56,908 bases of DNA from a virus (Duplodnaviria > Caudoviricetes). Of the stretch, positions 10,501 through 19,543 are shown one piece after another. Under the pieces are notes generated by a model. That model searched no databases, was not told where the DNA came from, and saw nothing but the letters and a program-made list of their open reading frames with translations. The stretch lies in IMG/VR virus record IMGVR_UViG_3300027881_000016, positions 1 through 56,908 of that record. One strand, 5' to 3'. The position numbers and the translations under genes were made by a program. Position 1 is the first letter of the stretch, and every line of letters starts with the position of its first letter.

Positions 10501-11043
10501 CTGTTGCGTGATTGTCTTGCGAATTGCAGTTTCCGCCACTTTCCTACCGAGGACGCCGCCTATTCCACTACCAGTCGCGGCGAGAGCGAGCGAGGGTATA
10601 GCCCCTCCGAACCTGTTAGCTAACCACCTGAAAAACCCACCAGCATCTTCGACTTCGGCGAGATCGGTCGCTCGAGAGGCGCTGTTAGCCGCGGTTGATT
10701 CATCCAAGTTACGGACAGCGCCTTGCATGCCCCATTCCTCGAGGTCGGTAGAGCCGAACTCACGGCCTGTGAGGGCCGCTAAGCCGTACGCGGACATCTG
10801 CAGCGAGTCGATGTTGGACGAGAAGCCCATGGACAGCTCGTCAGCGAAGCCGCGCTCTTTGGGCGCTACGATGGGACCACTGCCGCCAGCGGCGAACCCG
10901 GCTGTGCCCGCTGCGGCTGGAGGCTCCAAGTATTTACGGAGGCTGGGAGCGCCCGGAGGCTGCGCTGACACAGCACCACTCCCGGCTGCATGGCCGACTG
11001 TGTTCGGAGGAACCAAGTATTTAGCCAAACTCGGTGCTGGCAT
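4510..11043 (-). CDS. very large internal virion / DNA-ejection protein (2177 aa)
   Basis: Size, Ala/Gly-rich hydrophobic N-terminal region, helical C-terminal region; last of four ejection-type genes after the tail genes. Confidence 0.7.
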   Translation of the reverse strand: MPAPSLAKYLVPPNTVGHAAGSGAVSAQPPGAPSLRKYLEPPAAAGTAGFAAGGSGPIVAPKERGFADELSMGFSSNIDSLQMSAYGLAALTGREFGSTDLEEWGMQGAVRNLDESTAANSASRATDLAEVEDAGGFFRWLANRFGGAIPSLALAATGSGIGGVLGRKVAETAIRKTITQQITKRLTAKGFSAEASAMSAKRLLATSSGEKMLANAVIKGKTAKEITRAAFLKGGALGGSAAAAGPMTGAADLELTEAGFDSGMTSLMVGVVGGALEAIPALRLIDKLFPGVDKIVAKAFIKDFLIASGSQHLIEGGTELAQEAIQLAAMAYHDPTFDMFSAENKGRMIEAYAVGAMVGTITGGAAQVLGQKGLPSIRARLARAKAKKLTMPTWSLSSKEDGTAETKEDKYPEGFEPADNTVYEELRDRVINTVAPVVDPVVNKLRDGAQKVLDVLDSDMGGGMNSAATKLSKIIVDAHNKFVDTHKQEFARLKSFVNERSASLYAAAQNISDPVARQAFIDQGVETIRKQVQPVVDAIKDRAKQRDSNTEAEVDNMDLSGILDELTAETGTDQDDAGSARQQDPETLDVDNTFEPAPSFTLGKFQKEPELQPDGTETVVGYDTREQAEQALEQTVRPEFPAAQPETNEQGDLFFETAEDPFIINEQADGTFVIEGDMKVLGNDVQFNRALKRARASARRTKNTVANKARKTADGKIDMITLAHAGKDAGAKTTREGLLTMAAEMVLRGKMTNEESKAMIEKFDKLKEHRDPQIRLDLVAPEPEYGSYAQAKRARAMLVKEVQALLGNDNKAIWNIIGIRKTKDGKFIVGIDDKQAFYYLQRTKPNEALILFNKLRDDRRQRALANEQGNRDPDTFGPGRGDTEVVTTQVPDRSGGVGPVSQPTVLPAEDTTTRLEQTPGFEGGQRDFAGEEASFPSGDQRRTQNVKVVEETDPDRIDPKKSEPGVETEEEQRLESQSRKYKTDKEKKDAAKIHRDEREAKHSEGLKLTRKIMGRKGILSVMISDRIDPDGSTAKAVKSIVGFVQKTLGMGNPVVVIDDTGLANLIETGLVNDPIFQETLDDKNVDARNIRLNDVSYIYLSDKILGDPSLTTTALAHELGHQLYRTVWTQLTSNAKLRMYNAFRKSQGKRPLKKFPTTKPKFTFKKMTDKQLADAKKRLAKMKEKQSKLGQTNQSRALNDDINMAEVNIAENEFARREVAEDEAILKDPEFNEWMADQLAAWTVSRKGPRNQVEAFFHDVGSKIRRLYDFVAGNKRFKLNETFAEFTDALHARAANAASPNANPLVDELLQKWFTNEGMTGYTFWPDISVDNMEVPPTPRLAVQRYNKLMKQFADKYPAIAKRAKTTQIWLQKAYDLVASPATSVMRRIGETVPIANELVAIFGRGEMGVKKAASNFHQRSRRFKGQFLEVTYKKILLAIDKQVANEIKTGTKVFNTTKEEQAYIQKRTQQIKQKLVKSLRSKEGVANKDATFTKHEQAVRDLFDEMHEYAVDNGLPVRHIVNYFPKKYSRQLWVDNKQRILDHLMDPGNGQKGMTLKQARIHYDAITDPSAKDGRATVDGVRTPAFDAMNSRTQNDPFFDEFLDDNIDGIVSDYVGALVDRVEFNRVLGEDAPADVNFTQEQLIKKGLWDPKKKWNAMLAQAKKEGATDEQLKQMEAYVEVNLGTYGKGHDLASPGARKVMANMIAYQNMRVLLYTVFASLPDAGGIIVRAGVKNGAMGIAFKAMKNHIREAGKTESGLADMARALGEISSVMNDHIMTEFTDNNFMSPAMRKANDAYFKYTGLNWYTDFTRKLSLAVGIDVILHQAEMAVPGRTTEKGMFEAQAMLAELGITEAMVTEWNESGRPVYGSIGYDEKNPAHSKVAEALNQWVSESIMRPDASQRPILSSHPAMQLVYHLKTFTYSIQNTVLRRIAFNYNEANGVNETAQALVVPVVMMMALTAIGLELRELVKYFGSNRQPPTDRMDGMEYVTELWTRAGLNGVTQLAWDFEDAESKGRNAFAGASGPTFSQLAEFYSKPMTQTLPKTLPVVGQLQGGRDLVRKGISPTARKRRKAAKIREDMASGEKIPYLIMGDGIATSVTYGDKKFQKMYEGMTSPLKDGGGFMRVRPTHPLVRRDLKEDPDDLKFREKIKFSVADDIENRTITIAPNNSVAAQ

Positions 11044-11045
11044 GA

Positions 11046-12983
11046 CTAGAGTCCTTCGGCTCGCGCCATTTCTTCTATTTGTGCGTCACTCGCATTTTCG
11101 AGCCCAGGCTCGCTTCTCCGGACATTATCGTAGAACCAATCGGGACGTGCTTTCAGCGGCTCTAACGGCAGCGCATCGGCTCCGAACATCTGGATCCCCG
11201 GGGATATCTCGTCGATGTCGATGTTCTCGGTATCACGATTGAACATGTAGTCGTACGGACCGCTAGCGTTGTAGTTGTTCGAAAAGCTTGGGAACCATTC
11301 ATCATCAGTGCGGACTTCGCTATTGTACGCGGGGATGATGACGTTGAAGTCGAGGAATCGTTTAGACAACGACGCCATATCGAGAGGGTTACCGTAATCG
11401 TAGCCGGCGTTGATTGCTCTCTGTTCGGTATGAGCAAGCATTCTATAGAATGAGTTCTCTGTATGGAGGCCGCGGTCGGGGTATTCATCCGTGTTGAGGA
11501 CAGAGAAATTGCGCTCGACCTGTCTCCTCCCTTCGGCCGTCAATTTGTTGCGACCATCTTGGGAGTCCTTGTCCGGATCTCTGGCTGCCTGTATGAGTGT
11601 CTGCGAACCATCTTGGTTTTCTTGGTAGTAGTCCATCCTCGGGTTGCGGGGACTTATCTTCCCTACGAACGGACGATGTTGCCCGTTGTTTCGCATGTAA
11701 TACTCGAAATCAGCAAAAGATATGGTCTGGTCCATCATCAGCCGGTAAGCACCGTCAGCTTTCCGCTGCGATAAACGCTTGCCTTTATTGGGTCGGTTCA
11801 TCATCGTGATGTCGGCTCGTACCGCATTCGGCTCGCGACCCGTCGCGCCGACCGGGCCTTGCCTAGCCTGATCGATGACGCTGTCCACCAACACTTCGTT
11901 GTTTGGGGGGAGACCGCGATCGTCGACGCCAGCTAATCTCACCGGGCTGTACTCGATGCTCATAGCGTTAGCGAGCGTGTATCCTTCTGTCAACCTGCGT
12001 TTGGCGTTTCTGTGCTCCGTGGTCCCCGGTTGAGTTTTGGCGAATATTTCAGTTTGTGACTGGATTGTCCGTCTCACATGCGGAGCCATGCGCTTGTCGC
12101 CCCGTGCTTGGAGCTCGGGATCCAAGTCAGCACGCGCGTCGTAATAGGCGCCTACCTGCTGCTCCGGTGCCAACCTGCGCATCGGCTCGCCGGACGGGTC
12201 GTTGATATCGAAGGCCGCTGCCCACGTATTATTGAGGTCATCACGCTTGGCACGCAGGAGCTCGTTCCTGTCATACCAGCTCTTTGTCTTGTCGTTGAGC
12301 TCTCTGCTCTTCTCGGCCGGCGTGCGTGGGTCATTTGCTGCCGCTAGTTGTTTGTCACGCAACGCCATTGCGCCAGCAGGGTCTTCGTCAGCGAGCTTGT
12401 TCAGTTCGTCTGGAGTGAGCGCTGGCCCCTGCTCCTCGATGGGGAAAGGCTCCTGTTCCAGTCGTGCCTCTGGGAGAGGATCAGCTTCAAACTGCTGACT
12501 CAAACCTTCTTCTGCAGGAGGCTCTTCTCCCTCGTAGTTTTCGAGGTAACCTTGGATGTCAGCTCGCTTCTGCTCCTGTGTGAAACGCGCCATCTTGTAT
12601 TCTTTTACTACATCGAGGTCGTCGTACTCATCGAGCATTCGAGGGTCAGCGTTGTTAGCGTGAACTTCTGCTATGATTTCGTTGGCTTTCCCCGTACGTT
12701 CCCTGAGAGTAGCTACGCGATTCCGTTCTTGCTCACGGACCAGATCCTCTGCGTCGTACCGACGCTGGTTCTCAGCACGAATTTCCGCAGATATACCGCG
12801 GTCTTGCAAAACTTGGGCGTCGCGAGTGCGCTCGCGCCCACGCTGATACTCCCGCTCTAGCCTATCCTGTTCGAGGCGCTCTTCGAGCCGCTGTTCATTT
12901 CTTTTGCGGGACTGGATATTATCAATAAAGGAATATCCCTGCATGAAACCGCCCATAAAGGAGCCTGCGTTACGTGCTGGCAT
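11046..12983 (-). CDS. putative internal virion (ejection) protein
   Basis: GSFMGGFMQGY N-terminus plus coiled coil; synteny. Confidence 0.65.
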   Translation of the reverse strand: MPARNAGSFMGGFMQGYSFIDNIQSRKRNEQRLEERLEQDRLEREYQRGRERTRDAQVLQDRGISAEIRAENQRRYDAEDLVREQERNRVATLRERTGKANEIIAEVHANNADPRMLDEYDDLDVVKEYKMARFTQEQKRADIQGYLENYEGEEPPAEEGLSQQFEADPLPEARLEQEPFPIEEQGPALTPDELNKLADEDPAGAMALRDKQLAAANDPRTPAEKSRELNDKTKSWYDRNELLRAKRDDLNNTWAAAFDINDPSGEPMRRLAPEQQVGAYYDARADLDPELQARGDKRMAPHVRRTIQSQTEIFAKTQPGTTEHRNAKRRLTEGYTLANAMSIEYSPVRLAGVDDRGLPPNNEVLVDSVIDQARQGPVGATGREPNAVRADITMMNRPNKGKRLSQRKADGAYRLMMDQTISFADFEYYMRNNGQHRPFVGKISPRNPRMDYYQENQDGSQTLIQAARDPDKDSQDGRNKLTAEGRRQVERNFSVLNTDEYPDRGLHTENSFYRMLAHTEQRAINAGYDYGNPLDMASLSKRFLDFNVIIPAYNSEVRTDDEWFPSFSNNYNASGPYDYMFNRDTENIDIDEISPGIQMFGADALPLEPLKARPDWFYDNVRRSEPGLENASDAQIEEMARAEGL

Positions 12984-13896
12984 TTACTTGCTCACTTAAT
13001 TCTTTCACTGCCCCCAAGGTTACACCGAGCATATCGATTACCGCTATCTTCCCTCGGTCAGCCTGGCCCACACCGAAGGTGTCATTGAACTCTTCAGCAT
13101 AGGGGCCTATATGATCTACTTTCTCGTCGCCATTGTACTTCCACTTCTCGACGCGGATGTTCTTAAGCCGGTCTAGAAGACCGCTCGTTTTGCGTTTGTC
13201 GTGTTTGATATGTTCAGACGAAGCGAACATTGCAATAAGGCCAGCTACCTGACCAACTGCTGCCATTTTATCTCCTTCGTCTGCAACACGGTCAGCTTCA
13301 GCTTGCTGGTGCCGTTGTCCCTCTGCATTCCCCAACGCCGTATAGCTAGCTTGACGGGCTTGACTGAGTTGAGACTCCAAGCCAACCGCGCCGCGCTTGG
13401 CTGTGGAAGCTTGCTGTAAGGATCCTTGACGTGTTGCATCTGACGCTTGCGCTTGCGCGAGGCTCCGCGTAAGTCCCAAGCGGCGAGTTTGTCCTCTCTT
13501 CTGGCGTTCAGTTAATTGGAGGCCCAAGCCCTGTTGTCTGCGTCCGAGAGAAGCCTCAGAGACGTCCATCCCTTCGCCAGTCTCTTTCCTTACTCTAGCA
13601 AGAGACTCGCTGAGCCCAGTTTGGTTAGCTGCGGCAAAGAGAGCTTCGCGCTGACGCTTGCCGCGCCTGCGCGCATCTTGGATCTGGTTGAAGCCACGTA
13701 TCTCGAGCTCTTCCCCGGGGGTCATTGGCTTATACTTCTCCCCGTACCTGTGCTTACCCTTGTACGAGCGCTCTTTACCGTGCAGCCCCATTCGCTGCCG
13801 TGGGTCTATCAAGCCCTGCTCAGTCGCGATTGAAAAATCAGGCGAGTACGGAACGTCGTCCGGCCTATTGAACGGGGAGAGGAATTGACTAGCCAT
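12970..13896 (-). CDS. putative internal virion protein with C-terminal peptidase S74-like chaperone domain
   Basis: Gln/Ala-rich helical body, then SSEHIKHD...WKY...HIGPYAEEF...GVTLGAVKEL. Confidence 0.7.
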   Translation of the reverse strand: MASQFLSPFNRPDDVPYSPDFSIATEQGLIDPRQRMGLHGKERSYKGKHRYGEKYKPMTPGEELEIRGFNQIQDARRRGKRQREALFAAANQTGLSESLARVRKETGEGMDVSEASLGRRQQGLGLQLTERQKRGQTRRLGLTRSLAQAQASDATRQGSLQQASTAKRGAVGLESQLSQARQASYTALGNAEGQRHQQAEADRVADEGDKMAAVGQVAGLIAMFASSEHIKHDKRKTSGLLDRLKNIRVEKWKYNGDEKVDHIGPYAEEFNDTFGVGQADRGKIAVIDMLGVTLGAVKELSEQVNAST

Positions 13897-14690
13897 TAGT
13901 TACTCGGTGGGACCATGCCGCCACCGCCACCAAACGTACTAATTGCTGGGTTGTTCATCTGTTGCTGCCACGGCATCTGAAATTGGTCAGCACTAAAGCC
14001 TCCCTCGGCCGCTGGCATGGCAGGTTGTGACATGTTGCCCTGCCAACCACTAGCCACTCCAGTCAGCGATCCCAGAGCAGCCCAACGTGCGGCACTAATA
14101 TCATGATCTGCTTGTTCTGTTGCAAGCTCCGCACCATAACGAATTCGTTCGCCTGCACTTTCTTGGGCGAGCCCACGTCCTTGTGTAGAGATACCCAAGC
14201 GTGCCATAGAGAGTCGGTCTTTGAGTGCTTGGCTTTTAATCGCGGGTTCGCCGCGTTGGATTATGCCTTGGCGAGCTTTCGCTCCACGCAGCGCTTGCTC
14301 CAATGTCCCGGCTTGGTCTGCACCCCCACCCGCACCTTTTAGCCGCTGTGCAACTGCAGCACTAGCCGTGGCGCGTGTCCTACGAAGTTCAGGATTTACA
14401 TTACCCGACTCGTCTTCAAAGCGCCTCGCCAGTCCGCGGTAATCCGCCTGCTCTCTACCAAGTCGCTCGAGGGCCATTTTTGTGCGACCCATCGGAGTGT
14501 CGTGCGCTTTCGCGCGGCGCGCAGCCGCCCTCTCTTCGTTCTTCACCCCTTCGGCCCGGTACGCGGCGGCGCTACGGATGAACGGTCCAGCGCCCGCATC
14601 CCCAAAACGATCCCGAGACTGCTGTTGCTGCTCCTCCGTTAACGACGGAAACCGATTGTAGTTCTGATAGATAGTGATGGGTTCAGGCAT
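13896..14690 (-). CDS. putative internal virion protein
   Basis: Ala/Gly/Gln-rich helical 264-aa ORF at the head of the ejection cluster. Confidence 0.6.
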   Translation of the reverse strand: MPEPITIYQNYNRFPSLTEEQQQQSRDRFGDAGAGPFIRSAAAYRAEGVKNEERAAARRAKAHDTPMGRTKMALERLGREQADYRGLARRFEDESGNVNPELRRTRATASAAVAQRLKGAGGGADQAGTLEQALRGAKARQGIIQRGEPAIKSQALKDRLSMARLGISTQGRGLAQESAGERIRYGAELATEQADHDISAARWAALGSLTGVASGWQGNMSQPAMPAAEGGFSADQFQMPWQQQMNNPAISTFGGGGGMVPPSN

Positions 14691-14758
14691 TAGTTAGGCA
14701 CATCCCTGTGCATGTAGCTATCCATAGTGATCCTGCGATTTTACCTCAACTGCACGAT

Positions 14759-14998
14759 TTATGCAGCCTTTTCATCTTCGTCTTCCGCTTTCACTTCCTC
14801 TACTACCGGCTGCTCAACAGGCGGTTGCCCAGGAGCACACAACATCAGCTGCCCTTGTATGAGACCACGGAGGATCGACTTGCCTGAAACAACGGCTTCT
14901 AGCAAGTGATTGGGGGTCGAACTGCCCTCATCACTGAGGACTGTTAAAAGAACCTGCACTGCTTGCAGGGCTTGGTCATGATTTGGAATCGGTTGCAT
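14759..14998 (-). CDS. hypothetical protein
   Basis: 79-aa ORF with AAGGA RBS. Confidence 0.65.
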   Translation of the reverse strand: MQPIPNHDQALQAVQVLLTVLSDEGSSTPNHLLEAVVSGKSILRGLIQGQLMLCAPGQPPVEQPVVEEVKAEDEDEKAA

Positions 14999-15026
14999 TG
15001 TTTTTTCCTTTGTTATGAACGGAGAG

Positions 15027-15035
15027 AGTATAGCA
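15027..15035 (-). promoter_or_regulatory. possible extended -10 promoter (TGCTATACT)
   Basis: TGn-TATACT in the gap upstream of the 14998 ORF; no good -35. Confidence 0.35.
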
Positions 15036-15046
15036 TATTACAGCCC

Positions 15047-15826
15047 CTAGTCGTCTACAAGCAATAGCTCGAAGTCGACTACGACTTCAGCGGTGCCTAC
15101 GCCGACCTTGCCCAGAAAACCAAGATCACAAGGTCCAGCGAAAGGACCACTCGGAGAGACTGGTCTTTCCTCAGACATACCCTCCTTGACAGTTACATCG
15201 AAAACCATTCGCATGCCGTCATATGGCGCTGCCGCATCCAAGATACTAGTACGTTGGAAGAAAATAATCGTAGTAATTTTTGTGCTGTCTGAGTGTATTG
15301 TCGCCGCCAGCAAGTAAGCTGTCTTCCCGGCCGGCACTGAGTAAGCACCGATCTCGGTTTGTGCTTTTGGAAAACTTGTAACGTCAATCGTTCCCCAGTC
15401 CTCACTACCAGCAGCATTTTCAATCACGATATCTGCGGCATGACTTCCTGCCGCTACCGATGCATAGGTTCCCGAAGCTGATACCCAAGCACGGAAGAAA
15501 CGAATAAATGTTTCCGAGGTATTAGCCGAGGCAGAAGCGCCAGCCGTGGCAAGGACCGCAGTAACCAAAGCACCCGTTTCATCCAAACCCTGAATCGTGA
15601 TCTCACGCGCACCAGAACCGGCCGCGGTGTCATTTGCATTACCGGCCTTAATACGCAAAGCCGTAGCAGCCGCGGGCTGTGGCGTGCGGTAAACACCACC
15701 TAAAGACATTGGCACAAACGTCGTGCCAGCAGCGGCGTTGCGACCGAACTTATGAATTAGTGAATGGCCAGGAACATTGCCCTTCGCCACTTCAGCATAG
15801 AACTCGTTTGTAGGTTGATAACTCAT
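15047..15826 (-). CDS. putative virion/tail-associated beta-rich protein
   Basis: 259 aa, directly downstream of the tail fibre gene. Confidence 0.6.
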   Translation of the reverse strand: MSYQPTNEFYAEVAKGNVPGHSLIHKFGRNAAAGTTFVPMSLGGVYRTPQPAAATALRIKAGNANDTAAGSGAREITIQGLDETGALVTAVLATAGASASANTSETFIRFFRAWVSASGTYASVAAGSHAADIVIENAAGSEDWGTIDVTSFPKAQTEIGAYSVPAGKTAYLLAATIHSDSTKITTIIFFQRTSILDAAAPYDGMRMVFDVTVKEGMSEERPVSPSGPFAGPCDLGFLGKVGVGTAEVVVDFELLLVDD

Positions 15827-18800
15827 ATGATATTCCAGTTGGATCCGTCGCTAATTACCATGACCGATGCGTACTGCATCGCTATGGTTATTGTCAGAGC
15901 GCCATCGATGGTCTCGGATCCGTTACCATCGATGATTACGTTTGCAGTAGTGCCAAGCTTCTTAATGTGGTAGATCGTATTAGCCGTGGCTGCTGTGGGC
16001 AGCGTGATCGTAACAGTGCTGCCGGCTGTGTCGTCGTCCACTAGGATAACATGGTCGTCGTCTGCCGTGAACGAGGTCCCGGTCACAGTCGTGGTGGATG
16101 CATTCAGCTTGCCAAGTACTGTGAGCGAGTCTAAAGTAATATCCGCAGTGTTCTCCCATCGCTCATCAGCAGCAACCCAATGGAGAAGTTCGTTGTCGGC
16201 GACTGATACGATATGGGTGTCGTGCTGCTCGGCTAGATTAAATGGGTTAGTCGGGCGCACATAGATCGAGCCGTTGATCGCGTGAGCATTTATGACGAAC
16301 GCAGTAGGGATAGTCTGATCCTGCGCGGTAGGCGGGACATTAGTAAGCCCGCCCGCAGTCGTCGGCGAGCAATACAAAAGCGTGCCTTCAGCCCACGTCT
16401 CGATTCCCGGTCCAGTAGTGTCAATGCCGCGAACTACACCAATGACAGTGACGTAGCCGAACTCACCGTTGGCTATGTCTTCTGTTGCTATGCCAGCATA
16501 GACGATAGCCGGAATGGTGGCGTCAGCTATGAACTTTTTAATTTCAATTTTACCAGAAGCGCCGATGGCACCAGAAGCGTACACAGTATCGCCATTTGAA
16601 ATGGCCTCGGTAGCTTTGGCGTAGGCGTTGACTTCTTGCCCCACTTGTAGAACTACCTCACCACCGAGTAACCCTATGTTCACCGTGCCGTCGTCTGGGT
16701 TCCAATGCATATTTCCTACTTCAGCACTGCCCCCGTACGCAAGGTCGAACTGGAAGTGCTCGGCTTCGACGTGACCGTCTACTAAGATGTTTCCGGCAGT
16801 CACCTCTATATCCGTGAAGCCAGAAATGTTCCAGTCGGTTGTGTTGTCTCCGACAGTATTGAAGTCGTTACCGTCGTGCCACTGGTCTACGAAGTACGTA
16901 TCGCTGCTATCGTAGAGACGGAGCTTTACACCAGTATGGAGGTTAAAGCGTTCGAGGTCGTGAATCGTCCAATCGGTTATGCCATCATGATGGATGTAAA
17001 ACTCAGTCTCCGAGACCACATACGCCCACATGTTGTAATTCTCGCTCTGGTCATAGCCCATCGACAGTCCCAGACCATCCTCAAAGAACACCCAGCCGAG
17101 CAAATCCTGAACTACAATAGACCAAGTTGGCGACGCACCATTAGCAGTTACGTAAACATTAAGGCCGGTGTGTTGAAACTGTAGGTTATCTTCGTTTGCC
17201 GCGTCCCATAGGAATAGCGACTTTCCGTCCGTGAGGTGCAGATCAGCGATGACGTCGACTTGGGCTCCATCAATGATAGTGTCATAGGATGCATCACCAA
17301 CGTAAAAGTCTTCACTCAGCGTCGAAGGCTGCGACATCCGGAGCAACGCCATGCCCCACCAACGATGCCCCTGAATAGCATAATTAGCGCCGGGGTTATT
17401 CATCTCAATCTTGAGATCTACGCTGTTACCGGTTGTGTATGTCCGCGTAGACGAGACCATGAGATTACTCTTGGTTTCGTTATCGTGTGTAGTGTAGCGG
17501 TGACCGTGCATGCGATCCCAACCAATGCGAGTCTCGCCGCCGCCGTCTATTTCTTCGACAAGACCAAAACCCGTCATCTCGCCGGTGCCAGTCATGTCGA
17601 CCTGCGCCCAACCAACAGCCACGAAGTCTGAACCGGTAGTAACAACAGTGTGGTTGACCGTATCGAGAATCTCATCAGCATCATCCGCTGCTGCGTAGGA
17701 CAATGAGGCTGATGTATTTTGTTTGGCAGTAGCTTCTGCGAAGTCACTGAGTGGCAGGGCAACCATCGTCTTATGTATTAAGTCACAGTGTGAGATAGCC
17801 GAACCGGCCTTCGCTACGAGCTTAACAGTACCGCCAGCGTAGTTGTCGAGGTAGAACGCACCGGCCTGTATTCCCAAGTCATCGGCGCTATCCGTAGTTC
17901 TGAAACAATCAATCGAGTAGACAGTAGTGCCGCCATCGATATCAATGCCCAGCTCTGTGGTGTTCGCAGTATTATACCCATCCGACTGCAGACACAGATA
18001 AATGATCCAGTCACCAGCGGCGAGTACTACAGAGACATCCGAATCTTGCCAAGTTGTTGAATGATCGATCTCTTGCAAGACAGCCGAGGAGTCTTTCACA
18101 TGGTTCGGAACGTCGGTCGTGAGATTCAGAATTAGCGCGTTCTCACGCTGGGAATCGTGGTATTCTGATCCGCTTCCACCGGGATACATATGCTGCGTAG
18201 TGATGTTTCCGCCGCCGGTGTTAGCTGTGAAATAAGTAACGTAGTTATATGGCACACCGAAGCCGGCTGGGTTCGAAGCAGTGCTTCCCGCCGCGTTGCT
18301 CCACTTCATCTCAGAACCAGTTATCGGCGTACCGCCTATGGCTGTTCTGAATCCAGCTCCGTCAACAGCAGAGGTTTTCGTTATACTGGCCCGCACCACG
18401 AGCAGATATTCGTCGCCATGAACCATACCGGATTGAGCTTGGTCCAACCCATTCGCTGTATCTACGTATGTCGCAGACTGTGTTCTTGAATCCGTAGTGC
18501 CTTCAAAGACGTAATAGTCCATTGCTGGACCAGCGACACCGGTCTGCTCAAACTGAAGCAGCTCAGCCGTAGCACTGGCCGCATTCAACCAATTGATTGA
18601 GTGCGCATTCGCAAGCTGCAAGTACTGGCTGTCCGGGTTCCACTGCAGCAACTGCGCAGTGTGTATCCAAGTGTTCGTATCCCTGAATAGCATGTCGTAC
18701 CGCGACGCCAGTGTGGTATCGAACGGGGGGAAGTTCTGCGGAACGTAATTCGACCCATCCCACACAACGCCCTGACCGCCACTGATCCCAGCGACAGATG

Positions 18801-19101
18801 TATCTAAGAGCTCTGAAAACTTGGTTGCGCCGACGACGGTTGATGTGGTGCCGGCTAGTGCCTCTTGTGCAGCACGCGCTTCGCGATCGAGGATATTAGT
18901 AAAACCAGACTGCGTCTTGGTAACGACCAAGCCAGCTGTCTCGAGTTCCTCGATGGTGACAAAGCGTTCTTTGGACGCACCACTATCACCCTCGTACATA
19001 CGAAGGTGCTCCTTGATGCTCTCCAAGTGTAGGCGCAGCGCTTGGTCTTCAACCTGCGGCGCGTCTATGTTGGGTAGCCTACGCTGCCTAGAACGGCCCA
19101 T
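15823..19101 (-). CDS. tail fibre / receptor-binding protein (1092 aa)
   Basis: Short N-terminal attachment-like segment followed by mosaic Thr/Gly/Asp-rich beta modules; follows tail genes. Confidence 0.7.
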   Translation of the reverse strand: MGRSRQRRLPNIDAPQVEDQALRLHLESIKEHLRMYEGDSGASKERFVTIEELETAGLVVTKTQSGFTNILDREARAAQEALAGTTSTVVGATKFSELLDTSVAGISGGQGVVWDGSNYVPQNFPPFDTTLASRYDMLFRDTNTWIHTAQLLQWNPDSQYLQLANAHSINWLNAASATAELLQFEQTGVAGPAMDYYVFEGTTDSRTQSATYVDTANGLDQAQSGMVHGDEYLLVVRASITKTSAVDGAGFRTAIGGTPITGSEMKWSNAAGSTASNPAGFGVPYNYVTYFTANTGGGNITTQHMYPGGSGSEYHDSQRENALILNLTTDVPNHVKDSSAVLQEIDHSTTWQDSDVSVVLAAGDWIIYLCLQSDGYNTANTTELGIDIDGGTTVYSIDCFRTTDSADDLGIQAGAFYLDNYAGGTVKLVAKAGSAISHCDLIHKTMVALPLSDFAEATAKQNTSASLSYAAADDADEILDTVNHTVVTTGSDFVAVGWAQVDMTGTGEMTGFGLVEEIDGGGETRIGWDRMHGHRYTTHDNETKSNLMVSSTRTYTTGNSVDLKIEMNNPGANYAIQGHRWWGMALLRMSQPSTLSEDFYVGDASYDTIIDGAQVDVIADLHLTDGKSLFLWDAANEDNLQFQHTGLNVYVTANGASPTWSIVVQDLLGWVFFEDGLGLSMGYDQSENYNMWAYVVSETEFYIHHDGITDWTIHDLERFNLHTGVKLRLYDSSDTYFVDQWHDGNDFNTVGDNTTDWNISGFTDIEVTAGNILVDGHVEAEHFQFDLAYGGSAEVGNMHWNPDDGTVNIGLLGGEVVLQVGQEVNAYAKATEAISNGDTVYASGAIGASGKIEIKKFIADATIPAIVYAGIATEDIANGEFGYVTVIGVVRGIDTTGPGIETWAEGTLLYCSPTTAGGLTNVPPTAQDQTIPTAFVINAHAINGSIYVRPTNPFNLAEQHDTHIVSVADNELLHWVAADERWENTADITLDSLTVLGKLNASTTTVTGTSFTADDDHVILVDDDTAGSTVTITLPTAATANTIYHIKKLGTTANVIIDGNGSETIDGALTITIAMQYASVMVISDGSNWNII

Positions 19102-19105
19102 TGCG

Positions 19106-19543
19106 TTAGGCTTCCGCTAAATCAAAGACTGTCTCTCCAACAGAGACGGCGTTAACGACATCAGTGCCGACAAGTTGTATTTCAAAGATGTTCGACGAAT
19201 AGCCGCCGGGTAACCGGAAGGGCTCCCCGTCAGCAACTGTTACTGTGGATTTCAACGTCATCACCCCACTAATGTCAGCGTACAACTTGAAGACCACGTC
19301 GTCGTATGACTCGGCCTCCACTAATGCAGCCCCTAAATTAGTAGGCTGCGGGTACCTGATTTTAGCAGATTTCCATGTGTACGTTTTGTTCGTGCTGCCA
19401 CCTTCCCACTCATAGATAGTAGCACCATCAGTGTAGTACAGCGTGTCCGTGAGAATATCGAGATGCACGCCCACAGCGAGAGTATCGCCGGTCGTCAAAC
19501 CGATGCTTGGATCTTCAGGACTGAATACAAAGTAACCGGCCAT
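19106..19543 (-). CDS. separated C-terminal part of the tail nozzle / tubular protein B
   Basis: MAGYFVFSP...TDTLYY...EWEGG...YTWKS...PFRLPGG, motifs I recall at the C-terminus of this family; start overlaps upstream stop (TAATG). Confidence 0.65.
   Translation of the reverse strand: MAGYFVFSPEDPSIGLTTGDTLAVGVHLDILTDTLYYTDGATIYEWEGGSTNKTYTWKSAKIRYPQPTNLGAALVEAESYDDVVFKLYADISGVMTLKSTVTVADGEPFRLPGGYSSNIFEIQLVGTDVVNAVSVGETVFDLAEA

Noticed and set aside
5797-11242. Long plus-strand ORFs (e.g. 5797-6732, 7330-8454, 10091-11242)
   Set aside because: Antisense shadows of the 2177-aa and 645-aa genes caused by codon bias; no recognisable motifs
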